This document shows, piece after piece, positions 1 to 9,774 of a stretch of DNA of 21,542 bases. The stretch is taken from contig CAYRPF010000059.1 in the NCBI GenBank assembly GCA_964426185.1, forward strand, positions 1-21,542, written 5' to 3'. Positions within the stretch are counted from its first letter, which is position 1; each line of letters begins with the position of its first letter. Under the pieces are notes generated by a model. The model searched no databases. It saw only the letters and a program-made list of their open reading frames with translations, and was not told the DNA's origin. The DNA comes from an uncultured archaeon (GTDB taxonomy: Archaea > Asgardarchaeota > Lokiarchaeia > Sigyniarchaeales > Promethearchaeaceae). Made by a program: the position numbers and the translations under genes.

Positions 1-2
1 AG

Positions 3-374
3 GGCTTATGGACTATTTATCAGATTATTGCATGGGGATTTATAGGTATTGTGGGTGGATTGTTCCAAAATTTAAGGAAAAAACTGTTTATTCGCCGAAA
101 TTTATACTTTATGGCATTTACTGGATTTATTTTGGGTTTTATCTATGGAGCTATCATGAATATTTGGACATGGATGCTAAATCCTCCGTTAACTCTTTTA
201 TCCTTTTTGGCTCTATATAGTTCGAGTTTCTTTTTCGATTTGGCTCATGCAATTTCTAACTTTTTGTTTATCATATATTTTGGAGAAAAGGTGGTAAATA
301 TTTTGAATAGATATCATGATAGATTCTTTTTATTGAAATTTGATGGAAAAGCTAAGAATTTAGAAGGAGTATAA
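3..374 (+). CDS. ECF transporter substrate-binding S component (CbrT/cobalamin-type-like), 5'-truncated by the window
   Basis: The frame is open from position 3 (GLWTIYQIIAWGFIGIVGG...). It has hydrophobic helices, a WTxYQxxAWG motif and a later FDLAHAISN motif, both typical of this S-component group. The GTG at 51 is internal, not the true start. Substrate is inferred only. Confidence 0.7.
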   Translation, partial: GLWTIYQIIAWGFIGIVGGLFQNLRKKLFIRRNLYFMAFTGFILGFIYGAIMNIWTWMLNPPLTLLSFLALYSSSFFFDLAHAISNFLFIIYFGEKVVNILNRYHDRFFLLKFDGKAKNLEGV

Positions 375-413
375 ATTAAAATATAACAATAAAAAAATAA
401 TTCTGAGTAAAAA

Positions 414-1769
<1,356 letters not shown>

Positions 1770-1962
1770 TTAAGATTTTTTAACTTAAATAAGCACATTT
1801 TTCTATAAATATTCACATAAATGCAGTTGATATAGAAAAAATTAAACACCAAATTTTATTAAGTTAAATAATCAATTTTAAAATAAGAATTATTAACTGT
1901 ATTGTTTTGATTTATTTAAGAGATGCTCCTTGATTAAAGTATGAGAATCCAATAAAAACGAG

Positions 1963-2709
1963 ATGTTTCGTGTGGTCAAAGATAAACTTACTCAAATCAT
2001 TAAATTTCTATCGGAAGGAATGGAAGAACTTTCTGAATCGTTGGAAGCAACTGTAAGTGCTATATCTGCTTTCCAAAAATCGTTATCTAAAGTTAAAAAG
2101 GATTTAAAGCGAGTTAAAGAGATCAAAGTTAAAGAAGGTACTACTGCAGTTGCTGTAGAAAAGCCATCTCCCATACTTTCCCGCTCTAAAGGTAAAGACT
2201 TTGCCAAAGAAAAAGCCGCTTCTTTATTATTTAATATGCTTGCTGGAGGTAAAGCAGAGGGAACAGCCAATTCAACAGTTGGAGCCGCACCCTCATCTGG
2301 AACGACATCTGCACCTCCCAGTGGACCACCAAAAGGACCCCCAAAGGCAGGACCTCCCAGTGGACCACCAAAAGGACCCCCAAAGGCAGGACCTCCTGGA
2401 AGTGCTCCAAAACCTCCTAAAATGCCTCCAACTTCGTCAGGTGGTTTACCTTCACCACCTAAAATGCCTCCCGCTGGGGCACCAAAAGCACCACCATCTG
2501 GACCGTCAGGTGGTTTACCTTCACCACCTAAAATGCCTCCCACTGGGGCACCAAAAGCACCACCATCTGGACCGCCAAGTACACCTGCTTCTCCATCTGC
2601 ATCAGCTCCAGCAACTGCTACAGCAGCGTCAGGTCCAGGCTTAGGTGGCTTAAGAGAAGAAATGTTGAAGGAATTGGATCGCTTGAAGAAGATTATGCGC
2701 GGGACTTAA
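1963..2709 (+). CDS. Hypothetical protein: N-terminal coiled coil, long Pro/Gly/Ser-rich linker, C-terminal amphipathic helix ending RLKKI (WH2- or MIM1-like)
   Basis: 248-aa ORF with ATG start, an AT-rich upstream region and in-frame internal repeats. Heptad-like helix at aa ~1-57, PP-rich region at aa ~115-210, terminal GLGGLREEMLKELDRLKKIMRGT. Confidence 0.85.
   Translation: MFRVVKDKLTQIIKFLSEGMEELSESLEATVSAISAFQKSLSKVKKDLKRVKEIKVKEGTTAVAVEKPSPILSRSKGKDFAKEKAASLLFNMLAGGKAEGTANSTVGAAPSSGTTSAPPSGPPKGPPKAGPPSGPPKGPPKAGPPGSAPKPPKMPPTSSGGLPSPPKMPPAGAPKAPPSGPSGGLPSPPKMPPTGAPKAPPSGPPSTPASPSASAPATATAASGPGLGGLREEMLKELDRLKKIMRGT
2313..2396 (+). repeat. Perfect 39-bp tandem repeat x2 (plus 6 bp) encoding PPSGPPKGPPKAG
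   Basis: acctcccagtggaccaccaaaaggacccccaaaggcagg occurs at 2313-2351 and 2352-2390, followed by acctcc. Confidence 0.95.
2436..2573 (+). repeat. 69-bp tandem repeat x2 encoding SGGLPSPPKMPP(A/T)GAPKAPPSGP
   Basis: Units at 2436-2504 and 2505-2573 differ by one substitution (gct/act). Confidence 0.95.
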
Positions 2710-2835
2710 TTTCTCTTTAAATTCATGTTGAAAATATTCCGAATTATTGAATAGAACCAGTAGATAGCATTTATTAAATGGTTTTCATCACCTTAATCGA
2801 AAATCCCAATATCTAAATGGTCAAATAGAAGTGGA

Positions 2836-2881
2836 AAATAAAAAAATAAAAATTTATCTCTAAAGAGGGGCACTACTCCTC
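2836..2881 (-). terminator. Putative terminator of the methyltransferase gene: short hairpin followed by oligo-T tracts
   Basis: Imperfect GC-rich stem gagggg-cacta-ctcctc at 2865-2881 lies ~28 nt past the MTase stop. On the minus strand it is followed by T-runs (A-runs on + at ~2836-2852). The region lies between convergent genes. Confidence 0.4.
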
Positions 2882-2908
2882 AAGCTAAAATTTTTTTCCT
2901 GAATTCTT

Positions 2909-5647
2909 CTAAGAATATTTTGCTTTCTTTATTCTCAAATTTTGAAGATGTAATAGATCTTTGTAAAAATCAGATAAGGAAATTTGACAATCAAGAATTG
3001 AGAGGATTTTTCGATCTAGTTTTATTTTTTCTTCTTGGAATATATTTTGGTTTATTGGCGAAAAATTACACTTAAAAAGATTTTCAGCCATTTTTTTTAA
3101 TTCACTTTTCTGTTTATTAGTTAGATTTTCTATATTCAATACGTATATCTTCGCAATATCAAATGTGGCTGTATCTAGGGCACCTCCCCCAAAATTTGTT
3201 CGTCCATGTAACTCTAAACTAAAAGGGACAAATGAACTCTGTAGTAGGGCTGAAAGCAAGATATAATCATCCTTTGAAATGGATAGAGGTGTGAGTTTGT
3301 AAAAAGTATTGTTTGCAATTATTAAAGGTGAGGCTAGAATCACTCTAAATATTTCATTGAATATTTTTTGAATATATATTATTGGAAGGTCTTTGTTGGT
3401 TTCTTTTTGAAAATCCATATTTTCTGTTAATTTGGGTTTAAGACAATACCATGTATCAGGAGATTTTCGAAATTTCTGGGAAAAAGATGCTAAATACTGA
3501 ATTCCATGGATTATTTCGCCCTTTCTTGCACCTTTTTTTATAGAAATCTGCTTGCTCTCAGCATATTCGATATACTTTAATGCATTGATATATCTTTTCC
3601 TTTTTAATTCAGTTTTAGATAGATTTGTGTAAAATAGATAAGTATTCAATTGATTGGGTTTAAGAATCGGAAAATTCACTTGACGAGGTGAAGCAAGAAA
3701 AGGTTGAACGACTTCTGGTTCAAGAACTACTTTATCACCATAACCATTAATATATGAATCTCTAGAAATTTTTTTTAAAACAAAAAAGTCATTACAATTG
3801 GTGGTTATTCCTCGTGTTATTTTCATATATTTACCAAGATACGATAGTTTTGAACCTAATAAAGAATGAAAAACAAAAAAACTGGATGGTGCTAAGAGAA
3901 AGTAATTTCCCCAATTATATCCTTTATAGGGTGTAGAATATAATGCGCTATTCTTTGCATGAGTATGATTTTGGGTGTTCGGTTTCATCCATGAATATAA
4001 TTCAGATGGTGATATTTGAAGTAATCGCAATAAATCATCATTTTGTAGCAGTTTTGGTGTTTTATTTGCGCTATTTGGTGAAATTTCCTGTCTGACATAA
4101 AAATTTTTCTCGATATTGCCCAAAAATTCGAGGATTTCCGTAATTTTTAAAGAATTAAATGATTTCTTCCAACGAATGAAAGAAACTGGAATTCCATTTG
4201 GATTTTGAAAATTTGAATTTTTTTTGCTCAGAAACGAAATAATCGTGTTAATTTCAGCATATTCGAAGGATCGAGCAGAATTGTCTGCAATTTGCCATAG
4301 ATTAGTGAACTTTAACAAAAATTCTTGAAAGGCATAGCCATATTTTACGTTCATCCAAGAATTTGAAGTAATAAAGGATAATACCCCGTTGGGTGATAAG
4401 TATTTAAAGCTCTGCAAAAAAAAGTATAGACTATAGTCCATGTGATTTGAAAAATCGATTTTGTATTCTTTTTTGATTTTTTTCAAGTTTTGAGACATCC
4501 TTGCTCGATATTGCAATGAAGATAATAAAGGTGGATTTCTGCAGTCGCGTAGATTTCGATGTCTAATATATGGAGGATTACCTATGATAAGGTCAAATTC
4601 GGTATTTTCTGAAATTTCTTTGTTAAAATCAAGGAGAAAATCCCCATGGATAAAATAGATTGAATTTTCTAAGAATAACTGAACTTGATTAATATCAGGG
4701 ACAAAAAAATTAAAAATTTCGCACCAAATACGGAATTTTGCTATTTGTATAGCTGTTTCTCGCACATCACAACCAAAAAGCTGAATTTTTCCCAGATTAT
4801 CTTTTAAGCTGAAATCTTCCTTTATTGCAGTCAATAAAATTTGGAGAAAGCGAATTAAAAATGTTCCAGAACCACAAGCAGGATCTAAAATTCTAATTGG
4901 AGAATTAGAACAGTTTTTTGATGTCAGTAGGCATTTAATAGAATCTACTAAGTATTTAGGTAATGCTTTTCCATTTTCAAAAAAATTTTGTGATTTTTTC
5001 GGATTTTTACCAGAATTATTAAGAGTGAGATAGTTCAATGCATTTAGAATGGAATAGGAAACTTCAGCTGAAGGAGAAAAGAAGGTTCCACTGTGGGATT
5101 TATCCTTTTCTTCATGAAGAATAACATTTTGATAGAAATAATCCATGAATGCAGGTGTAATGTGATTTTCTCTTTTGGTTTCATTTGAAAATTCTAATCC
5201 ATCTTCTTTAAGGCAAAAATTGTTTGAATTTCTTTCCAATTGCTGGAATGATCGAATTATTTCGTGGTTTGCATAAATAGGTGTTTTTTCATTATAATTT
5301 TTTTCATTTATTACAAATAATTCTGGAATAAGGCATTTTTCACACTGAAAGAGAGACGCGATTTCTTCTTCAAATGCTTTTTCATCTACCAAAAAAAGAT
5401 TCTTTTCGGTACTAACCTTTAGAAATAAGAAGGAGGTGATTCTGACTTCTTTTTTAGCATCAGTTAAAGATGGAGTAATTTTAACCCGCAAAATTTGAAA
5501 TCCAATGAATTTTAACAAAATATGATTAATTCGAGAGATTGTTTGGTCTAATATGGATTGACTATTGTGTTGGATTATAGACTTCTGAAAACTTATCCAT
5601 TTTTCATGAATATGAAATAACTTGTCAATCCATTCCATTATTTCCAT
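2909..5647 (-). CDS. N6-adenine DNA methyltransferase, gamma class (Eco57I/TaqI-like MTase-TRD), apparently orphan
   Basis: Motif X-like GTFFSP, motif I ILDPACGSGTFL and motif IV IIGNPPY (NPPY at 4568-4579) occur in gamma order. They are followed by FITSNSW, ITRGITT and a C-terminal ELHGRTNFGGGALD TRD-type segment. Confidence 0.88.
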   Translation of the reverse strand: MEIMEWIDKLFHIHEKWISFQKSIIQHNSQSILDQTISRINHILLKFIGFQILRVKITPSLTDAKKEVRITSFLFLKVSTEKNLFLVDEKAFEEEIASLFQCEKCLIPELFVINEKNYNEKTPIYANHEIIRSFQQLERNSNNFCLKEDGLEFSNETKRENHITPAFMDYFYQNVILHEEKDKSHSGTFFSPSAEVSYSILNALNYLTLNNSGKNPKKSQNFFENGKALPKYLVDSIKCLLTSKNCSNSPIRILDPACGSGTFLIRFLQILLTAIKEDFSLKDNLGKIQLFGCDVRETAIQIAKFRIWCEIFNFFVPDINQVQLFLENSIYFIHGDFLLDFNKEISENTEFDLIIGNPPYIRHRNLRDCRNPPLLSSLQYRARMSQNLKKIKKEYKIDFSNHMDYSLYFFLQSFKYLSPNGVLSFITSNSWMNVKYGYAFQEFLLKFTNLWQIADNSARSFEYAEINTIISFLSKKNSNFQNPNGIPVSFIRWKKSFNSLKITEILEFLGNIEKNFYVRQEISPNSANKTPKLLQNDDLLRLLQISPSELYSWMKPNTQNHTHAKNSALYSTPYKGYNWGNYFLLAPSSFFVFHSLLGSKLSYLGKYMKITRGITTNCNDFFVLKKISRDSYINGYGDKVVLEPEVVQPFLASPRQVNFPILKPNQLNTYLFYTNLSKTELKRKRYINALKYIEYAESKQISIKKGARKGEIIHGIQYLASFSQKFRKSPDTWYCLKPKLTENMDFQKETNKDLPIIYIQKIFNEIFRVILASPLIIANNTFYKLTPLSISKDDYILLSALLQSSFVPFSLELHGRTNFGGGALDTATFDIAKIYVLNIENLTNKQKSELKKMAENLFKCNFSPINQNIFQEEKIKLDRKILSILDCQISLSDFYKDLLHLQNLRIKKAKYS

Positions 5648-5854
5648 ATATGTTGGAATTCTTTAAGAGGTTAACGAGATTTCTAAGTGTGAAAAAATTT
5701 ATCATCGTTCCATATGAAAAATAAAGTAGAAAGAAAATTTATGTATATTATTTTCCAATAATAATCAATATCTCCTTTTAAGTTATTTAAAATTCTTGAT
5801 TTCTCAAAATTATGGAGAGTTAACATTATAAAGGATAAAACAAAAATTTTCCTA

Positions 5855-7336
5855 ATGGAAATTGCCATAAAATCATTCAAGACTAAACACAATAAACCTG
5901 ATTTACACACACTATTTTATCCCAAATCCATAGCTATAGTCGGAGCATCCAAAAATCTAATTGGGGGCTCAAAATACTATATGGCATTAAAATCTTCGGG
6001 ATTCTTTCCGATTGAAGGTAATGTTTATCTTATTAATCCAAAAATTGAGAAATTATTTGGTGAATCCGTATACCCCAGCATTAAAGATGACCGAATTCCC
6101 AAACCCATTGATTTAGTAATAATCGCTGTTTCTGCTACAACAGTTCCTAAAATTCTTGATGAGTGTAATAAGAGAGCAAAATTTGCAGTAATATATACTT
6201 CAGGATTTGGAGAAGCTGGAAATGAAGAATTAGATCGCCAATTAAAAGCTATAATAACCCAAATTGATACTCGGATCATTGGTCCCAACGGATTGGGCGT
6301 TTTAAATCCATATTCCAAGCTTCAGATTTATCCTAATTGGAAGGAATACAAAGGAAATCTATCATATATTGCCCAGTCAGGAGGGACTATGGCCAGATTA
6401 TACTTATGTTTAGGACCGCTTGGGATTGGATTCCATAATGTAGTTTCAATTGGTAATGCGTATGATCTCTCAATTACGGAATTGATCTCTTATTTTCATG
6501 ACGATCCAATAACTAAAACTATAGCGCTTTATTTAGAATCCATTCCAAACGGTCGGGAATTCATGAAAACGGCACAAAAAATTACACCCGAAAAACCAAT
6601 CATATTATGGAAGGGAGGCCAGACCAATCGTGGAATAAGGGCAACCGCTTCACATACAGGTGGATTAGCTGGAAGCTACGATATTTGGAAAGCTATGTGC
6701 AAGCAATCTGGTATAATGCTTGCTGACCATTTCGAACTTTTTCAAGATTTAGTTCAAACTATTGTTGTTCGCCCTAGACTCCCAGAAGGTTTAAATGTTG
6801 CAATTTTAGTGGCAGGTGGTGGAATTGGAGTGGAATTTACCGATACATTTGAGAAATTTGGGTTGATTATTCCCGATTTTGAACCTAAAACAATCCAAAC
6901 ATTGAGTTCTTTATTTCCCAGTGTAAATACCAATTTTAAAAATCCAGTTGATTTAGGGGAATGGGGTTATAATCCTCAATTATTTGAAAAAGCCTTGAAA
7001 GCAGTCTTAGAAGATTCTAATATAGATGTTGTGGTATTTGTGAGGGAGCCCGAACGATTTGGGATTATTTCGGAATTGCTAAATATTCCAGATGCCCAAA
7101 AAGCAACTATAGAATCATTAGAAAAAATTGCTAAAGATACACAAAAACCTCTTTTTTGCAATCCCAGTATGAATAAGGATGATGAAAAATCCTATAAACA
7201 AAGGCATGAGTTCCAAATTGCGATGATCAAGGCTGGAATTCCCGTAATTAATTATATGCTAAATATACCTAAAATAATTCTCCAATTGTGGAACTATCGG
7301 AATTATTTAGTTAAGCAAAAATCAATTCAGGTGTAA
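5855..7336 (+). CDS. Acyl-CoA synthetase (NDP-forming) alpha subunit / CoA-binding protein
   Basis: PKSIAIVGAS CoA-binding fold, IIGPNGLG, IAQSGG, VSIGN, LYLES, ASHTGGLAG (phospho-His loop) and NPVDL. No ATP-grasp domain. Confidence 0.9.
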   Translation: MEIAIKSFKTKHNKPDLHTLFYPKSIAIVGASKNLIGGSKYYMALKSSGFFPIEGNVYLINPKIEKLFGESVYPSIKDDRIPKPIDLVIIAVSATTVPKILDECNKRAKFAVIYTSGFGEAGNEELDRQLKAIITQIDTRIIGPNGLGVLNPYSKLQIYPNWKEYKGNLSYIAQSGGTMARLYLCLGPLGIGFHNVVSIGNAYDLSITELISYFHDDPITKTIALYLESIPNGREFMKTAQKITPEKPIILWKGGQTNRGIRATASHTGGLAGSYDIWKAMCKQSGIMLADHFELFQDLVQTIVVRPRLPEGLNVAILVAGGGIGVEFTDTFEKFGLIIPDFEPKTIQTLSSLFPSVNTNFKNPVDLGEWGYNPQLFEKALKAVLEDSNIDVVVFVREPERFGIISELLNIPDAQKATIESLEKIAKDTQKPLFCNPSMNKDDEKSYKQRHEFQIAMIKAGIPVINYMLNIPKIILQLWNYRNYLVKQKSIQV

Positions 7337-8237
7337 TTTCTGGGCTAATCAAATATTTCAGTGTTTTTTTTAATATAACAATACTTTTCTTCATTTTATG
7401 AGAATTTGAATCCATCGTTTTCCATACTACGTAGAGGGGATATGATTTCTTATTCTTTTCAATATAGAATTTTGAAAAATAAATTTTGTTATCATTTAAA
7501 GAGATCTCCATTTCATCAATTATGTTAAGAGTCTCATCTATCTTTTGAAGATATCGAAAAATGTCATTAATGATTTCATCTTCTAAAGATGTTTCATCAT
7601 TAAAAACTGCTCCCAATTTGTAAAAATTGGAGGTAAAAACGTAAATCTGATTTATTTGCCAATTTGTAGCGAAATTTCTTAATAGAATTTCTATTGGTTT
7701 TTTGAATTTCATTTCCTCAAATAGCGGATCTGAAAACGCTGAAATTATGGAAAAGGATTGATAGATTGATGTTTTGAAAAATTGGACATTTACTCCGAAG
7801 TTATTCATTAAAAGGTTGATTTGGGATTGATATTTGGCCATTAACTTGTTATGCGATGTGTTTTTAAAATTATCCCATTTATGAAAGAGAACGGAGATCG
7901 ACTTTAAAGTGGTAACATCTGAAATTTCAATAATTTGAGTTAAAAACTGAAGATTTTCATCAAATTTACTGGAATCTTTAATATCTATTACATAAATTAC
8001 TAATTCAATATTTTGTAGTGCCGAAAAATTCTCACTTAGTATTTCATGGCTTGAGAAAATTTCTCTTGGAATTTCCCAAATTGTTAGATAGTTTCCTAAA
8101 TACTCTGAGAAATAGCGATCAACTGTATTCGTTTTTATATTAGCAAAAAGGGGTTGAAAATCTCCCCGAATTCTCTGGATTATTGAAGTTTTACCTGCAT
8201 TTTCTAATCCAAGAAATGCAACATTTCGAAGTGTCAA
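7311..8237 (-). CDS. Asgard-type Rag/Arf-like small GTPase with C-terminal roadblock/longin-like domain; G3 degenerate
   Basis: G1 GLENAGKTS (8184-8210), IYVID strand, G4 HKWD (7872-7883) and G5 TSI. The G3 position reads WEIPRE. TTG at 8237 (MTLRNVAFLG) is preferred because a TTTAAATA box lies ~20-25 nt upstream; the ORF is open to 8306. The 3' end overlaps the convergent gene by 26 nt. Confidence 0.8.
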   Translation of the reverse strand: MTLRNVAFLGLENAGKTSIIQRIRGDFQPLFANIKTNTVDRYFSEYLGNYLTIWEIPREIFSSHEILSENFSALQNIELVIYVIDIKDSSKFDENLQFLTQIIEISDVTTLKSISVLFHKWDNFKNTSHNKLMAKYQSQINLLMNNFGVNVQFFKTSIYQSFSIISAFSDPLFEEMKFKKPIEILLRNFATNWQINQIYVFTSNFYKLGAVFNDETSLEDEIINDIFRYLQKIDETLNIIDEMEISLNDNKIYFSKFYIEKNKKSYPLYVVWKTMDSNSHKMKKSIVILKKTLKYLISPEITPELIFA

Positions 8238-8354
8238 TTTTGAGTACCAATTATATTTAAAAAACAGGTAGATTTGAATTGAAGTTCTTAGGAATATTCC
8301 AAGCAAATTTCTAAAAAAATATAAAAAATATTCAGAGAAAAAATTGTAATCGCA

Positions 8355-9665
8355 CTATCGTATTTTCTCATATTCAGAAAATAGATTAGAAAATAATTCT
8401 GGAATTAATCGCATGTTTTCAGGACTTTCTACATATGCGATACGCATTTGAGTTCTTCCAGGATTTTCTTCAGAATTATCCACGCTGTAAAATCCAGCCA
8501 TTGGTGCTATTAAGAGAGTGTAATTTTTTCCATCGATTAACACTTTTCCTTCAGAAACACAAAATTTAACAAAATCTGAAGCATTAAATCCAGTTTTGGC
8601 AATATTCCGAACATCGATTACTGAATAAATTGATGCATCGGGGCTGGATACAATTAAACCTGGCATCCATTCCGTAAATTCTTCTTTCAAAGTTTTCCCA
8701 ATATTTCGGTAATATTCTCTCTGTTGCTCAAACCATTGTTTTAATTGTTTGTGAGACTCATGAGCCAGAGCTCCAAACACATATTGAGCTAAAACGGGTG
8801 CACATAAATTTGCTGTTTGCTCAAAAACACATCTTTGATGAAATTCAAAATTATCCGTGATAATAGCTCCAATTCGCAATCCACAAGCATTCCATACTTT
8901 GCTTGCAGTTTCGATACTAATGCGTCGACCTTCAATTCCTGGGACTAAATCATTTGTTAGAGCCCAAATACTCGAAGGTTTGCTATCAAGATAATACAAT
9001 TCTCGGTATGCTTCATCACTTATCATCCATAAATTATATTTTACGCAGAGATTTCCTAATTCAATCATTGCATCCATATCTAAAAAGTGACCAGTAGGAT
9101 TATCATAAGGAATAACTACTAATGCACCCGGGTGATATTTCTGGATTTTTTTTTCAATTTCTTTAATATCAGGTAGAGCAAACTTTCCATTTTCTTGCAA
9201 CCTACGTGAAATTGAGACGGTGGCCCGTCCTGTTCGATTGCACATGGATTTGTAATTTGTATAAGCGGCATCAATAAGAAACAAAGGCTTTTCATTAGTG
9301 CCAGGATTACCACAAGTCCCCACTATTACTAATTCCATTGCATGACTTCCGCCATCTGTAATTTGAGAGTATAAATTGTGGGTTTGAAAACCACTCGTTC
9401 CAATAATATTTAAGAAAGCTTTGTTGGTTTCTTCCAATCCAATTGTAGCGGAATATTTTACCACCCCGTTATGGAATGGGCTTTCTTTTACAGTCATATT
9501 TTCCAATCGATGTATCATTGCGGGATGCATTGGGAGACTTACATTTCCAATGGCAACATTTATAGGTATTACATTATCTTTTCGCTTTTTGAATTCAATT
9601 TGAGCCATGCGAATATCCGAAGGTCTCCGATCTTTAAAGAGATCTGAAAGTTGCGGTTTATCCAT
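8355..9665 (-). CDS. PLP-dependent aminotransferase, class I/II (aspartate aminotransferase-like)
   Basis: ITDGGSHAM, YTNY, NPTG, ISDEAY, TASKVWNACGLRIG (PLP lysine) and terminal RIAY. Confidence 0.93.
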   Translation of the reverse strand: MDKPQLSDLFKDRRPSDIRMAQIEFKKRKDNVIPINVAIGNVSLPMHPAMIHRLENMTVKESPFHNGVVKYSATIGLEETNKAFLNIIGTSGFQTHNLYSQITDGGSHAMELVIVGTCGNPGTNEKPLFLIDAAYTNYKSMCNRTGRATVSISRRLQENGKFALPDIKEIEKKIQKYHPGALVVIPYDNPTGHFLDMDAMIELGNLCVKYNLWMISDEAYRELYYLDSKPSSIWALTNDLVPGIEGRRISIETASKVWNACGLRIGAIITDNFEFHQRCVFEQTANLCAPVLAQYVFGALAHESHKQLKQWFEQQREYYRNIGKTLKEEFTEWMPGLIVSSPDASIYSVIDVRNIAKTGFNASDFVKFCVSEGKVLIDGKNYTLLIAPMAGFYSVDNSEENPGRTQMRIAYVESPENMRLIPELFSNLFSEYEKIR

Positions 9666-9694
9666 AAGATTTCATGTAAAAAAAAGCGTCATTC

Positions 9695-9742
9695 TTATTA
9701 AATATTTTATCGAATTTCGTTGGAAGACAATTTTTATATAAA
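9695..9742. promoter_or_regulatory. Divergent archaeal TATA boxes for the aminotransferase (-) and histidine kinase (+) genes
   Basis: Minus-strand TTTAATAA (9702-9695) lies ~30 nt before ATG 9665. Plus-strand TTTATATA (9733-9740) lies ~35 nt before ATG 9775. Confidence 0.5.
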
Positions 9743-9774
9743 TTTAGGTTATTAATAAATAAGGATCACTTAAC

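Noticed and set aside
1992-2644. ORFs 1992-2543 (-, Gly-rich) and 2201-2644 (+, His/Gln/Leu-rich)
   Set aside because: Antisense and alternate-frame shadows of the Pro-codon repeats, which lack stops; neither has independent signals.
2909-5647. MTase as part of a BREX/DISARM island or mobile element
   Set aside because: No partner defence genes, integrase, transposase or flanking direct repeats were found in the window.
5683-5910. 75-aa minus-strand ORF between the MTase and the acyl-CoA synthetase
   Set aside because: It spans a divergent AT-rich promoter region, overlaps the synthetase start, and shows no HTH pattern of an R-M controller protein.
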